Source: Prasinococcaceae sp. CCMP 1430 (Eukaryota; Plantae; Prasinodermophyta). From it: a stretch of 64,000 nt of DNA. The translations under genes were made by a program, and so were the position numbers. Where the stretch lies: assembly GCA_013416795.1 (NCBI GenBank), contig RQSC01000004.1, positions 287,544 through 351,543 on the forward strand, written 5' to 3'. The notes under the pieces are model-generated. The model ran no database searches. It saw only the letters and a list, made by a program, of their open reading frames with translations, and was not told the DNA's origin. Positions 43,894 through 54,614 of the stretch are shown piece after piece. How positions within the stretch are numbered: position 1 is the stretch's first letter; every line of letters starts with the position of its first letter.

Positions 43894-44439
43894 TGTTGTG
43901 GGTGGAGGGCCTCGTCCGGGGGGGCGAGGAAGGGCCCGCCCCCGCGCCGTAGGCGGCGCGCTCCCGCGCAAGCAGGCGCTGTGGCCCACCCCAGCCGCCG
44001 GCCAGCGTCCTCCCTGCTGGCTGGTGCGCTTTGGCAAAGTGTCCCTTTTCAGCTCTTCTCTTCTGTGCGATGCGTCCGTCGAAAGCCCCCGTCGTCGTTG
44101 CGCATCGGCGGGCGCCAGAGGGGTCGCGCGGCGCGCAGCGGCAGCGTGTGCCCCGCCGCGGCCAGGTGTGCGTGAGGAAGGGCGACCGGGCGGGCGGACG
44201 GGCGGGAGGTATGAGCAGGGGGTGCGTGCGGGGACGGGGTGCGTTTGGGGACGGGGTGCGTTTGGGGCGGGGCTGTGTGCTGGTAGCGAGAGCGAGCTCC
44301 GCCAGGCGTGGCTCGGCGCTGGGCGCTCTGCTCTCGGCGCCTTTCGGGCGGCCGCGGCGGCAGGCGGGTGCCCTCTCGCGCTCGGTGCGCGGTGTGGTGC
44401 CGATGTCGGCGCGGCCTCGGCGTCGCGCCTTCACCTTTG

Positions 44440-45177
44440 CCAGTGGCGTGGCCCCTTCGCTCAAGCCGGAGGCGCAGCTTGCACGCGCACAGGTGAGCAG
44501 GGCGCTAGCTCTGGACAGCGAGCATCCCCTCGCGATGCACCTCAAAATACACTTGGAGGAGCAGCTCGCACAAGGAGGTCCCGAGGGAGGTACTGTGGCC
44601 GCCGCCGATGCAATGGAGTCCATTGCACCACAACAGGCACACCTGGTACACATGGCGAGCCACATCTACATACGGTCTGGGAAGTACAAGCGCGCAATCG
44701 AGGCCAATGAGGAAGCGATGAAACTCGACGTCCAGATGCGCGCACAGTGCATGGTGCCGTACGCGCCTGGCCACCAAATTGCCGTGCTGATTGCCGCAGG
44801 AATGCTCATGGGGCGTCCAGCCGTGATCGAGCAGGGCGTTCCGACAGTCGCAATCGAATTTCCGCTCGCGGAGATCCTACAGGCCTTGTGGCCATACCCT
44901 CGCGTGCTTGTCGCGGCGCGCTTCGGCATGTGGGACGTCATCAAAGCTGAACCGCTGCCTGGCGCAGGTGCGCACCCGTACGCGCGCGTGATCGGGCACT
45001 ACGCTGCTGGCCTCGCCGCAACGGGTGGGAAGCGAGACGAAAGTGAGCTTGAAGAGGCCGCCAGCCACCTGGCCGAGGTCGAGCGTGCTGCGAGTGAGCT
45101 GCCAGCAGACGGCCCCATGATGGAAGGCACGGACGTCGAGGGCGCACTCCTGCGTTCGGGGCCGTTCTTCTCACACG
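44440..45177 (+). CDS. Fragment of His-rich TPR-like protein (bacterial/fungal-type family)
   Basis: HPLAMHLKIHLEE, AHLVHMASHIYIRSGKYKRAIEANEEA, VAARFGMWD, HYAAGLA. Truncated at the N at 45178. Confidence 0.7.
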
Positions 45178-45178
45178 N

Positions 45179-45945
45179 CCGCCGCGTTCTCCGCGCGCGG
45201 CGCGCGGCGCGCGCTCGGGGCGCGCCCGCTGCTGGTCGTCTCGCACCCCGACGACGAGGCCATGTTCTTCGCGCCGACGCTCGCCGCATGCGCCGAAGCG
45301 CGCCTGGTGCCCACGGTCCTGTGCCTGTCGAACGGTGATGCGTTTGGCCAGGGAGTCACCCGCGAAAAGGAGCTCGCGCGAAGCTGCGCATCGCTCGGCG
45401 TCGGCGCCGACCGCGTGCGCGTGGTCCACGCGCGCGAGCTGAGCGATGGCATGGGCGAGGCGTGGCCCGCCGAGGCCGTCGCGGCAGCCGTGCGCGCCGA
45501 GGTAGCGCGCACGCGCGCCACCAGCGTGGTCACCTTCGACAAGGGGGGCGCCAGCGGTCACCCGAATCACGTGGCGACGTGGCGCGGCTGCGTCGAGCTC
45601 ACCCGCGCGGCGGCCACGCGCGGACAGCCTCCCCCCGTGCCCGTGTGGGCACTCCGCACGCTGCGGCCGTACCGGCGGCTGCTTGGCCCCGCGGACGCGG
45701 CGCTCGCGGCAGTGCTGGCCTTCGCGCGTGGGGCGATGCGGGGCCAAGCAGCCGAGCTCCTGCTCGCCCCTCGGGGCGCCGCGGCGGCCGCGCGCACCGC
45801 GATGGCCGAGCACCGCTCGCAAACGACGTGGTACCGCGGCGCGTTCATGCAGCTCGCCGCGTACGTGCACATGAACGCGCTGGCGCGCGTGGCGCCATCC
45901 ACCGCGCGCAAGCCCGTGCACCGGCGCAGCAAGTCGTATACATAG
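45179..45945 (+). CDS. PIGL: GlcNAc-PI de-N-acetylase (5' partial)
   Basis: LLVVSHPDDEAMFFAPTL, LCLSNGD, TREKEL, VVTFDKGGASGHPNH, AMAEHRSQTTWYR, YVHMNAL. Confidence 0.92.
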
Positions 45946-46018
45946 CACCGTGCTCGCGCGTTCGCTTGGACACACCTCCACTCTGTACAATTTGTCACTT
46001 ACTGTCCCGTTCGGGTTG

Positions 46019-46660
46019 TCATGACACGCCGAGCGCCCAGAACCGCCTGCGCACGCCGCGAGCACGAGAGGTGCCGCCGCCGCTGCTGTCGCCACTGCTG
46101 CTGCCGCCGTCGCTGTCGCTTTCGCTGTTGCTGTCGCTATCTCCGGGCCAGCACACGCCTGCGAAGTCTGCAGCGCCGCTCCGTATGTCGTTGCCACTGC
46201 CGTCGCTGTCACTATCGCTGTCTGTGTCGTCGTCCTCTGCGGCCATGACGCAGCGAGCCACAAATTGTGGCACGACCTCAGGTGGTACGCGGGCGCGCGG
46301 GACGTGCTTGCATGGCCTTCGCGCGCGAGCGCGGCCGCCGACGCCCCGTGCGTGCTCAGGCGCACCGCCGAGCACCCAGAACGCGCACCTACATCGCGCG
46401 CAGAGGTGCAGCCCGTCGCGCGCGGTGGCACCGTTCGTGGTGTTCTCCTCGGCAGCCACCGATGCCGCGGCTTCGCGCCACGCGCGACAGACGCCTGCGG
46501 CTCGCGCCGCGTCGCGCGCACCAGCCGCGCGCAGCACTGCCTCGAGGGCGTCCCGCGGTAGCTCGTCTGCTGCGCAGCCGCAGCCGCCCTTCCTGCGCGA
46601 TGCAGCGACCCGCGCGGCCTTGAGACGCGCGCGCGCGCGCGCCGCCGCTTTGGCACCCCC
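46019..46660 (-). CDS. F-box protein (start unclear)
   Basis: DELPRDALEAVLRAAGARDAARAAGVCRAWREAA F-box, CxxC..H motifs and an acidic SD-rich tail. Confidence 0.6.
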   Translation of the reverse strand, partial: GGAKAAARARARLKAARVAASRRKGGCGCAADELPRDALEAVLRAAGARDAARAAGVCRAWREAAASVAAEENTTNGATARDGLHLCARCRCAFWVLGGAPEHARGVGGRARARRPCKHVPRARVPPEVVPQFVARCVMAAEDDDTDSDSDSDGSGNDIRSGAADFAGVCWPGDSDSNSESDSDGGSSSGDSSGGGTSRARGVRRRFWALGVS

Positions 46661-47010
46661 ATCGCGACGTACAGTGCGGAGCACATGCCGCTCGCCACAG
46701 CCACGAACCTGGCCATGCGCGCCTCGCGCGCCGACCAGCGCGCGACGCGCGCGACGTGCAGCCCGCGCAGCGTCGTGAGCTCCGCTGCGAGCCCGCCATG
46801 TCCAGCCACGCCCGTGATGTCGGCCGGCGGCGAGCTGAGCGGCAGCACATCCCCGCCCGTCGACGCGCCAGCGCCGTTGTCGCTGTCGTTGGCGCCCACG
46901 TGACCCAGCTCGTAGAGGATGGGCACCACCTGGATGTGGGACTGGTACGCGAGGAGCGCGATGGGCAGCGCATTGAGCGGCGAGGTCTGCGCGTCCAGCC
47001 AGTCGGTGAG
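46655..47010 (-). CDS. Fragment of amino-acid transporter (Aa_trans/SLC38/AVT-like)
   Basis: LNALPIALLAYQSHIQVVPILYEL..RMARFVAVASGMCSALYVAMG. Bounded by the N at 47011 and an abrupt junction with the F-box sequence. Confidence 0.65.
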
Positions 47011-47106
47011 NTCTCGGCGCGGCGGCGCGCGCGAGGGCGTCCGGGGGGGAGGGGAAGCGGTGCGCTGCGCAGGGCGCGCGGCGGCGCCGCGGGGGTGGAG
47101 CGCGCG

Positions 47107-47994
47107 ATGAGTTCCTGGGACAGCGACGTTGCGCAGGCTGCCGTGGACGAGGCTCTCGGCGCGCCGAGCTCGGCGCTCGATGTGGAGGGCGCCGTCAACG
47201 ATGCGGTGAACGCGCACGCCGCGCCGCGCCCCTCGTTGCGAACGGGCGACCGAGCGCCAAACGAGGGGCGGCGCTCGAACGGCGGCGGCAACGGACCTCT
47301 CGGCGCGCTCTTCGTAGGCGTGGGGCGCGGCGTGTTCGGTTCACTGGGCGCGCTGCGACGCTCCTCGAAGACGATGATCCGCCTCGACCTGCGCAAGCCC
47401 AGAGTGTGGGATCTCAGCAAGGTTGGCAACGCGGACGGCACGAACGCCCACGGCGTCTCGAGCCAGACGGCCGCTGAGGAGGCGCGCTCCGGCCAGCGCC
47501 TCAAGCTCATGCGGCAGTGGGACGTGGGCGCGCCCGGTGGGGGTGAGGCGAGCTTTGCCGCCGGCATCAACTACTCGATCGACGACGGTGCCTTCGAGCC
47601 GCGCGTGCGCCTCCACACGCCGCTTGTGAACGTACGGCTGCTGCCGAGGCCCGAGCTGGCCTTCAGGCGCATGCTGTCCATCGGTGGGTCGGGCCTCGCG
47701 GTCGACGCGCGGTACGACCTGCCGCTGTCCGAGGTCGGCTGGCGCGACGCGCGCCTGCGCCTACGCCTCGTATCGACGGGCGGGCGCGGGATTCACGTCA
47801 CGCAGGACGGCCTCGAGTTCGACGAGAGGATGCTCTCGCTCGGCGAGACCACCGCTGCGGGCGTAAAATCCGCCTCCACGATGCGCCTCTCAGCCACCGC
47901 ACAGGTGCCCAGGGAGTGGCCCGTCAAGGACGAGCAGCCGCTCGTGCGCCTCAGCCTGAATAAGCTCGCGCTGCGCGTGGTCATCGATGCATGA
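47107..47994 (+). CDS. Hypothetical beta-strand-rich protein (possible outer-envelope beta-barrel)
   Basis: GC3-biased ORF with many alternating amphipathic strands. Confidence 0.65.
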   Translation: MSSWDSDVAQAAVDEALGAPSSALDVEGAVNDAVNAHAAPRPSLRTGDRAPNEGRRSNGGGNGPLGALFVGVGRGVFGSLGALRRSSKTMIRLDLRKPRVWDLSKVGNADGTNAHGVSSQTAAEEARSGQRLKLMRQWDVGAPGGGEASFAAGINYSIDDGAFEPRVRLHTPLVNVRLLPRPELAFRRMLSIGGSGLAVDARYDLPLSEVGWRDARLRLRLVSTGGRGIHVTQDGLEFDERMLSLGETTAAGVKSASTMRLSATAQVPREWPVKDEQPLVRLSLNKLALRVVIDA

Positions 47995-48129
47995 GGGCCC
48001 GGCGGCCCCGCGCAGGATCGTGCGTTGAAGCAGGGACAGCTAGCGCCCGCGTTTGACGAATAACCTGAGACAATATGTTTACAACTTCGCATGGGACGCT
48101 CTCGCGGCGGAGGTGCGGGGCTCGTGCCC

Positions 48130-49539
48130 TCATGGTGGGCAGCGCTCGAGGAAGCTTTCGACCACACCCGCGAACTCCAGCGCGCGCTCCTCCTGCGGGC
48201 AGTGGCCGCACGCGTCAAACTGAACGAGCTCCACCACATTGGTGGTCCGCTCATCGGCCGCGCCCTCGACTGCGGCGTTTACGAGCCGCGCCGAGTTGCT
48301 CGCCGGAACGAGGCGATCCTGCGCCCCGTGCACGATGAGCACAGGCACGCCCAGCGCCGCGAGGTCATTCGCGTCACCTTTGTTGCGCGCGAATTCGGCG
48401 CTGGCGCCTGCCTGCCCTTCACCACCGTCACGCGCGCCGGCGCTGTCGACGCTCGCGTCGAGCGGCGACGGCAGCGTGTCGACGAGCAGCCTCGCCGCGA
48501 TCACCATTACCATGCCCGCGTCCCAGCCCCGCACGCGGGCGGGGCGCGCGTACCCGTCGACGAGCGTGGGCGCAATTGGCGAGTACCACGCGCTCTGTAG
48601 CCCCTTTGCCCAAAACGACTTCGACTCACAGAGCCTGCGAAGCACCAGGCGCAGCGGCAGCGCGAAAGCGAGCAGGGACGCGCGCAGGGCAGCTCGTAGT
48701 CCGAGCAAGAACGCCGCGCGCGTGGCTGCCAGCGCGGCTGCAGCCGCTGTGAAGAACGCGCCGGCGAGGAGAGTGGTGTCCTCCTCAGCGCGCCTGCGAC
48801 AGTACGCGAGCAGCCCCTCCCTCCCTCGCGCGCGCGACGAGCGGCCCGCGAGAATGGCGGGTGCGACGAGCACTACCGCGCGCACGCGCTCTGGGCCAAG
48901 TCTGCCCGCGAGCATGGTGGCGACGATGCCGCCGACTGAGTGCCCGATGAGGATCAGCCGCCGCGGCCCACTCGCATCGGCATCTTCGCCCGCCTCGGCG
49001 TCCAGCAATGCCTCACCTGCATCGGCGTACGCCCCAAGCGAGTAGCCCGGCAGCGTCGACGGCCGTTCGGTCAAGCCGAAACCGGGGCAGTCGTAGGCGA
49101 GCGCGCTGCCAACGGACGGCAGGCCTGCGAGGAGCTCAAGCGCGCCCCCGACCTCCCACGAGTACGTGTTGGCGCCGAAGCCATGTACACACAGCGCCAC
49201 ATCGCGGCCACCGTTGGCGTCAACGCGCTTGTAGTGCAGAGCGTACCCCGCAGGCGTGTTCAGGAAGCGCGAGTCGGCGTATGCAACATCGCGCGCGCTC
49301 TGAAGCCTGCCCTCATACGCGCGTTGTCCGAGCGCCAAGGCCGCGGCGAGCGCCGCGGCAATGAGCGCCGCGGCGACCACCGCCGGGTGCGCCGGGTGGC
49401 GCGCGAGGAGTGACCCTGTCGCCCACACCACGCTTCCTGCCGCGACCGCGGCCGTCGCCACCCCCGCAGCGGTCGTCTGGCCAGGGGCGCCGGCCGCCCC
49501 GCCCACGCCGCCCCCTCCCCCCTGCTCGCCGCGCGCCAT
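48130..49539 (-). CDS. Membrane-associated alpha/beta hydrolase
   Basis: HGFGAN, YDCPGFGLTERP, GHSVGG nucleophile elbow, VHGAQDRLVP, CGHCPQEE; N-terminal TM segments. Confidence 0.92.
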   Translation of the reverse strand: MARGEQGGGGGVGGAAGAPGQTTAAGVATAAVAAGSVVWATGSLLARHPAHPAVVAAALIAAALAAALALGQRAYEGRLQSARDVAYADSRFLNTPAGYALHYKRVDANGGRDVALCVHGFGANTYSWEVGGALELLAGLPSVGSALAYDCPGFGLTERPSTLPGYSLGAYADAGEALLDAEAGEDADASGPRRLILIGHSVGGIVATMLAGRLGPERVRAVVLVAPAILAGRSSRARGREGLLAYCRRRAEEDTTLLAGAFFTAAAAALAATRAAFLLGLRAALRASLLAFALPLRLVLRRLCESKSFWAKGLQSAWYSPIAPTLVDGYARPARVRGWDAGMVMVIAARLLVDTLPSPLDASVDSAGARDGGEGQAGASAEFARNKGDANDLAALGVPVLIVHGAQDRLVPASNSARLVNAAVEGAADERTTNVVELVQFDACGHCPQEERALEFAGVVESFLERCPP

Positions 49540-50012
49540 TACGGTTGCGATGGCCCCGGGTGGTGCCGCGGCGCGCCCTGCCGCGCTTGGCGCGGTGGGG
49601 GAGAGGGAGCGGCCCGGGGGGCGGCCGCGCGATCGGTGCGTGCGCTCTGGTGCGCCGGCAATCTTATCTTGATTGCCCAAATCGAATCCGGCGCCGACGT
49701 GGCCGCACAAACATTAACCCTCTTCTCTAAACCTCAATCCATGCGCGGGGCGCATGGCTTGGGACCCAATTCGCCTCTGCAGGTTTGCGCGGGGGAATTC
49801 AACAGGCGCAGCGGACGCCACTGAGCGCGCCCGCTGCGCCCCCTCCCCCTCCTCGCCGCCCCTTCCCCGCCCCTGGTCACCCGGCGGACCAAAGCCTGGC
49901 CTCGCATCTCTCTCTCTCTCGCCGCTCTGGGCCCTTTCCGTTCTTTCGCCGGAGCGCCCGCGCGCGCGCGCGTGCGCGCGCGCTGCTGGCCCGGAGGCGG
50001 GCGGACGGGGCG

Positions 50013-51102
50013 ATGCTGCAGTGCGCTGCTGCGGCGCTCGTCGCGTGCACCGCGCGCCGCGCGCGGCGTGAGCGCGTCGGCGGCGACCGCAGCCGCGGCA
50101 GCAGCGCTTGTGGTCGCAGAGGGGGGCGCGTCGACGGCAACGCGCACGGCGGTGGCGGCCGCTGGAGCCGGTGGGCTTGGCGTCGAGAAGGTGGACGTGC
50201 TTGTCATGGGCGCCGACGCGGGAGACGACGCTGCGGCCACCGCTAGGCTGCCAGGCGTCGGCGCGGTGCTCGCGCTGTCGCACGCGTCGCTCAAGGCCCC
50301 CACGCAGGCGGAGCCGGCGGCCGCGGCACTCGCAGCTGTGGCGGCCGCCGGCGGCTACTCCCACGTGGTCTGCGCGAGCACGTCGTGGGCCAAGGGCGTT
50401 CTGCCGCGCGCTGCGGCGCTCGCAGGCGTCCAGCCCGTCACCGATGTCCTGCGCTTCGAGGACGACGGTGAGTCGTTCGTGCGACCGATCTACGCCGGAA
50501 ACGCGCTCGAGACGGTGCGGTACAAGGCGAGCGGCGACGGAGGGCCCGCCGAGGGAGCGCCACGCTACGTGAGCGTGCGCACCACCGCCTTTGAGCCGGT
50601 TAGCGCCGACGGCGGAGCGGCCGCGGTCGACGACGTTGTTGCGCCGGCCGAGCTCGACGCGGTGGCTGCCGAAGAGCTCTCGAGCTTCGTGTCCGCGGAA
50701 GTGAGTGAGAGCGAGCGCCCCGAGCTCGGTGCGGCACCCATCGTCGTGTCAGGCGGCCGCGGCCTCAAGAATGGGGACAACTTCAAGCTCATGGAGGACC
50801 TCGCCGACGCACTTGGTGGCGGCGCCATCGGCGCGAGCCGCGCGGCCGTGGACGCTGGCTTCTGCGCCAACGACATGCAGGTGGGACAAACTGGAAAGGT
50901 GGTCGCGCCAGACCTGTACGTGGCCGTGGGCATCAGTGGCGCCATCCAGCACGTCGCCGGCATGAAGGACTCCAAGGTGATCGTCGCCATTAACAAGGAC
51001 GAGGATGCGCCCATCTTCAGCGTCGCTGACTACGGCTTGAAGGCCGACCTCTTCGAAGCCGTGCCGGAGCTGATCGCGAAGGTCAAGGCCGCGCGCGCCT
51101 AG
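50013..51102 (+). CDS. ETFA: Electron transfer flavoprotein alpha subunit, mitochondrial (start codon not in frame as assembled)
   Basis: [80 protein letters not shown]. Confidence 0.96.
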
Positions 51103-51486
51103 CTGGGTGGCACGAGCGTTGGGCGAGCTCACTGGGCGACTGCCGCTCGGTTGAGGGACGCGCGTGCCGATGGCCCCGTTCCTACATCATCAACTTTGCA
51201 AGCTTACCATGCTTGCCGCACCGCCAGTCGCGTCGGGTGGCGCGCGCAACACGCGGCGTTGTAATATTTTTGTGCACTCGTTCAGAGCTCTCTCCGGAGA
51301 GCGCGCGCCCCCCATGGACCCCGCGCTGCTGCTGCGCCGCAACGAGGGTCTCGCTACCCGCTGTGCCGCGCCACAGGCCCCGCTCCGCGCCGCCCGCAGG
51401 GCCGGGCACACCCAGACGCGCGCAAATTAGCAGCCGAACAAGTATGTGTAGGCGCAGGCCATGCGAGTAGGCCATACATCGCGCAA

Positions 51487-53352
51487 TCAATCCCTGATCG
51501 CGCTCAGGACAGTCGCGATAAGCGCAAAAAATGTTAGGAGCGTTCCCGTGGTGGCTAGGCGTTCTTGCTGCTTGGTCTGCTCCAGTGTCACGGACGTTCG
51601 TAGCAAGTCCACTGCGCGTTGAATCTGCTCGCTGGTTGACCTCAGCTGCTCACCGACGACTTTATACGTCTGCAGAGCCGGGTTTAGCCTTCGAGAAATC
51701 ACGCCTCCAATACTGCGCACCTCCAACGTCATCGGCGTCTTCAAATCGAGGCGCTCCATTCGTCCATACACCACATTACCATACGCCTGCGCCGCCGCCA
51801 GGCGATTGCGTGCGATGGCATTGATTGCTTCGACTTCGCCGGAGAGAGCAACGAGCTCGAGCAAGAGTTCCTCATCCTTGCGGCGGCGCTCTCCAGAGAA
51901 GGTGCGAGCCTCAGCTTGCCGCGAGATGGTCTCAAGAACTCGCCGGTCTATGTCGCGTAGCCTGGTGGAGAGCGCTTTGGCATCCTCGAGCGGAATAAGC
52001 GCAAGCAACCTGTACTGCTCCATCTCCAGAAACCTCTGCAGCGCACGCGAGTCCGCCATTGTGAAAGCGTCGTCTGTTTCGGCTGTGGCGGGCTTGTAGC
52101 CCCTGTAGATACGGCGATTTCGGTTGATTTCGTTGTCCTCAGGCACCTCCCTAGGCGCCACAGCTTCGAGGTCGAGGTCACCGTACACGAACGCAGCATT
52201 CAGATCGCAATAGCGCGCGCCCAGCTTAAAGGTGGTATAATAAGAAGAAGTGCCGGCACGGCCGCTGGTCGCGCCGGCGAGCTCCTCTTCATCGCCGTAC
52301 CAGTCGCGCATCACGCGGACGACATCATCCGTGGGCACGCTACCCAAGGTGGCGTTCGCCCCCCCGAGCTCCTGCCACCGGCGTGGCTCCTGCTCACGAA
52401 TGCGCCGCGCTGCGCGGCGGATTTCCTTGACGCTGCGCACTGCCACGTTCGCGAGAAGGATGACGTCGCCCGGCAATTCGCGCAAATAAAAGTCGGGAAG
52501 CAATTCGAGCAGTCTCTCAGTGCTGGCGGGGCGCGCGCCGTCTTCGCAGAAACCGAAAGCTCGCGGCAGCGACAGAGTGAGCGACGAATACTCTCCAAAC
52601 TGCTGGAAGCGGCAAGTGACTCCAGAGAGCACCCCGACGAAGTCCCGGCACGTCATATCGTATGCGAGCTGGTCGCGCTGTACGCTGTACGCCTCTCCGT
52701 TCGCGTCGGTCCTGTACTCAATCGTGGTGAGGCCAGTGGTCGGCGAGCTCCGCCCATTCACGCCTCCGACGCTGTCGACTTTGCTGCTTTCCTCATCACA
52801 ATCAGAGTCAGACGGCGACTCGCTGCCATCCTGCGCGACGACCTCCACAAACTCGATCTCGCAAGACTGCTCTCTCGCGAGCCGCAAGAAAAATTGTAGA
52901 TCAGCTTCGACACTAGCGGCGTCAGTCGCGCCCTTTGCGTCGAATAGGTCCCCATCACCCTGAGCTCGCACCAGGCCCGACCCCAGGGTGGCACGCACGC
53001 GGTTGGAGTCACTCGCCCCTTGCTCTGCGGGCGCGCGCAAATAAGCAATGTGGAGGACGCTGCCGTCGCCCGGCAAGCGTGGATACGAGCGCGCAAGGGT
53101 CTCGCCTTCCAGCCTCCTGCGCAGCCGCGCGGAGCGCGCGCAGGGAGCTGGCAGCGCGGCCCCGGGCGCTGCTTGCATCGCCGGCGCTGGATGCTCGGGA
53201 GGATCCTCAGCGGCGGTGTTCCTCCATTCGTCGCTGCCAGGAGCGCCGCGGCAAAGCGGCGCCACGCGCCGCTGCCGCCGCGCGCGGCCGCGCACACCCG
53301 CCTCTACCGCCGTCGCGGCCTTACTGTGAGGCTGCCTGGCTGACGCGACCAT
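51487..53352 (-). CDS. DUF3422-family membrane-anchored protein with N-terminal extension
   Basis: LQRFLEMEQYRLLAL, LLLELVALSGEVE, RLAAAQAYGNVVYGRMERL, SRRLNPALQT, SEQIQRAVDLLRTSV match the recalled DUF3422 consensus; C-terminal TM. Confidence 0.78.
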   Translation of the reverse strand: MVASARQPHSKAATAVEAGVRGRARRQRRVAPLCRGAPGSDEWRNTAAEDPPEHPAPAMQAAPGAALPAPCARSARLRRRLEGETLARSYPRLPGDGSVLHIAYLRAPAEQGASDSNRVRATLGSGLVRAQGDGDLFDAKGATDAASVEADLQFFLRLAREQSCEIEFVEVVAQDGSESPSDSDCDEESSKVDSVGGVNGRSSPTTGLTTIEYRTDANGEAYSVQRDQLAYDMTCRDFVGVLSGVTCRFQQFGEYSSLTLSLPRAFGFCEDGARPASTERLLELLPDFYLRELPGDVILLANVAVRSVKEIRRAARRIREQEPRRWQELGGANATLGSVPTDDVVRVMRDWYGDEEELAGATSGRAGTSSYYTTFKLGARYCDLNAAFVYGDLDLEAVAPREVPEDNEINRNRRIYRGYKPATAETDDAFTMADSRALQRFLEMEQYRLLALIPLEDAKALSTRLRDIDRRVLETISRQAEARTFSGERRRKDEELLLELVALSGEVEAINAIARNRLAAAQAYGNVVYGRMERLDLKTPMTLEVRSIGGVISRRLNPALQTYKVVGEQLRSTSEQIQRAVDLLRTSVTLEQTKQQERLATTGTLLTFFALIATVLSAIRD

Positions 53353-53879
53353 CGCCGGCTACGCGGCCGACCGCGCGGCCCGGTAGGGAGGTTGATGTGT
53401 GGCGCAGCGGCGCCATGGCGTGCAGAAGAAGCACGTTCAAAGGATAACGAAACGTGTTGTCGACGTGCGCGAGGGTGTTGCCCAAAAAGCTTTTTTTTTT
53501 TTTTTGCGTGTCGCGGCAACGGTGAGCCGCTTCTTCTTGGCGCGAGCGCGGCGGGCGCCACACAGCGCGCGGGCCGCGCGGCTCCGTACGCGCGGAGCGC
53601 GCCCCCTCGCGCGCAGCGCCTTCTGCGTGGTCTCGCCCGGTGGAGTCGTAGGGGGTCTCTCCTGTGCGTAGGCGATCGCTGCGACGCAGCAGCTCCCTCG
53701 CATTTGTCGCCATGCTGCAGTGGACGGGTGGCGGACGCAAGAAGATGCAGCGTCGGCAGAACAGGTCGTTCGCCGTGCCGGTGATGCGTGCTGGGCCGGC
53801 CCTGCACCAGCCCCGGCAGGCCAATCGCAATTCACAGCGGCAAGCAAGACAGACACGCGCGGTCGCGGGGCTGGACGTG

Positions 53880-54614
53880 ATGGCGCTCGCGCACATGGGC
53901 TCTGCGCAGCCTCCGTCTCACGCAGCCCCCTCCAACAAGGAGGCTGCTCACAGGAAGCGGTCCGCCCTCCCAGCTTCCAGGGCGCAGGTGGACAGGGCGC
54001 TTGGCGTCAGCCACCACACCGCAACACCGACTGGTGACGATGTCTACGCGAGCGAGCGTCCCCACAAAAAACCACGCGGTGTTGCTCGCGGCGCTGGTGC
54101 GGCAGGAGCGGGCGCCGATGGCGCGGAGAGCCGGCCTAGACCCATTCGCACCGAGGACGCTCGCCTTCGCGCCTCGGACAGCGAGCAGCAGGGCAGGCGG
54201 CGTCCCGCCGATCAGGGGATTCCGTCGACTACTGCTGTCAAGGCTCGCCGAGCCGACGGAACCGCAGTCGGCCATCGAGACAGACAGAATGCAGGTACTG
54301 CGGACAAGCGTCCGCAGGCGCGCGGAAGCGAACCATCCCCCACGCCGACGGTGGCTGTCTCATCGAGGCCGACGGCGCGCAACGCCCGGCGGCTCCCGCG
54401 CGTGCTCGCGCGGCAGCACGAAAGGCAGCAGCGGCCTCGGAGCGCAGCCCCGCGCTCGCCACTCACCAAGCACAGCGTGGACTCGCTCATCGCGCGCGCG
54501 GTCGTTTCGCCCGGGAGAGCCCTCGCCACCACGGCGCTACCACAGCACGCATTCGTCGCCTTGATCAACCCGGGCCCGGGACACGCCGTGCTTGGACACG
54601 ACTTCCACTACTAG
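53880..54614 (+). CDS. Hypothetical disordered basic protein
   Basis: Open frame downstream of a poly-T promoter-like tract, with a possible NLS PHKKPR. No recognisable domain. Confidence 0.3.
   Translation: MALAHMGSAQPPSHAAPSNKEAAHRKRSALPASRAQVDRALGVSHHTATPTGDDVYASERPHKKPRGVARGAGAAGAGADGAESRPRPIRTEDARLRASDSEQQGRRRPADQGIPSTTAVKARRADGTAVGHRDRQNAGTADKRPQARGSEPSPTPTVAVSSRPTARNARRLPRVLARQHERQQRPRSAAPRSPLTKHSVDSLIARAVVSPGRALATTALPQHAFVALINPGPGHAVLGHDFHY

Noticed and set aside
44941-47217. 758-aa minus ORF
   Set aside because: Chimeric read-through over an N, a transporter fragment and antisense PIG-L.
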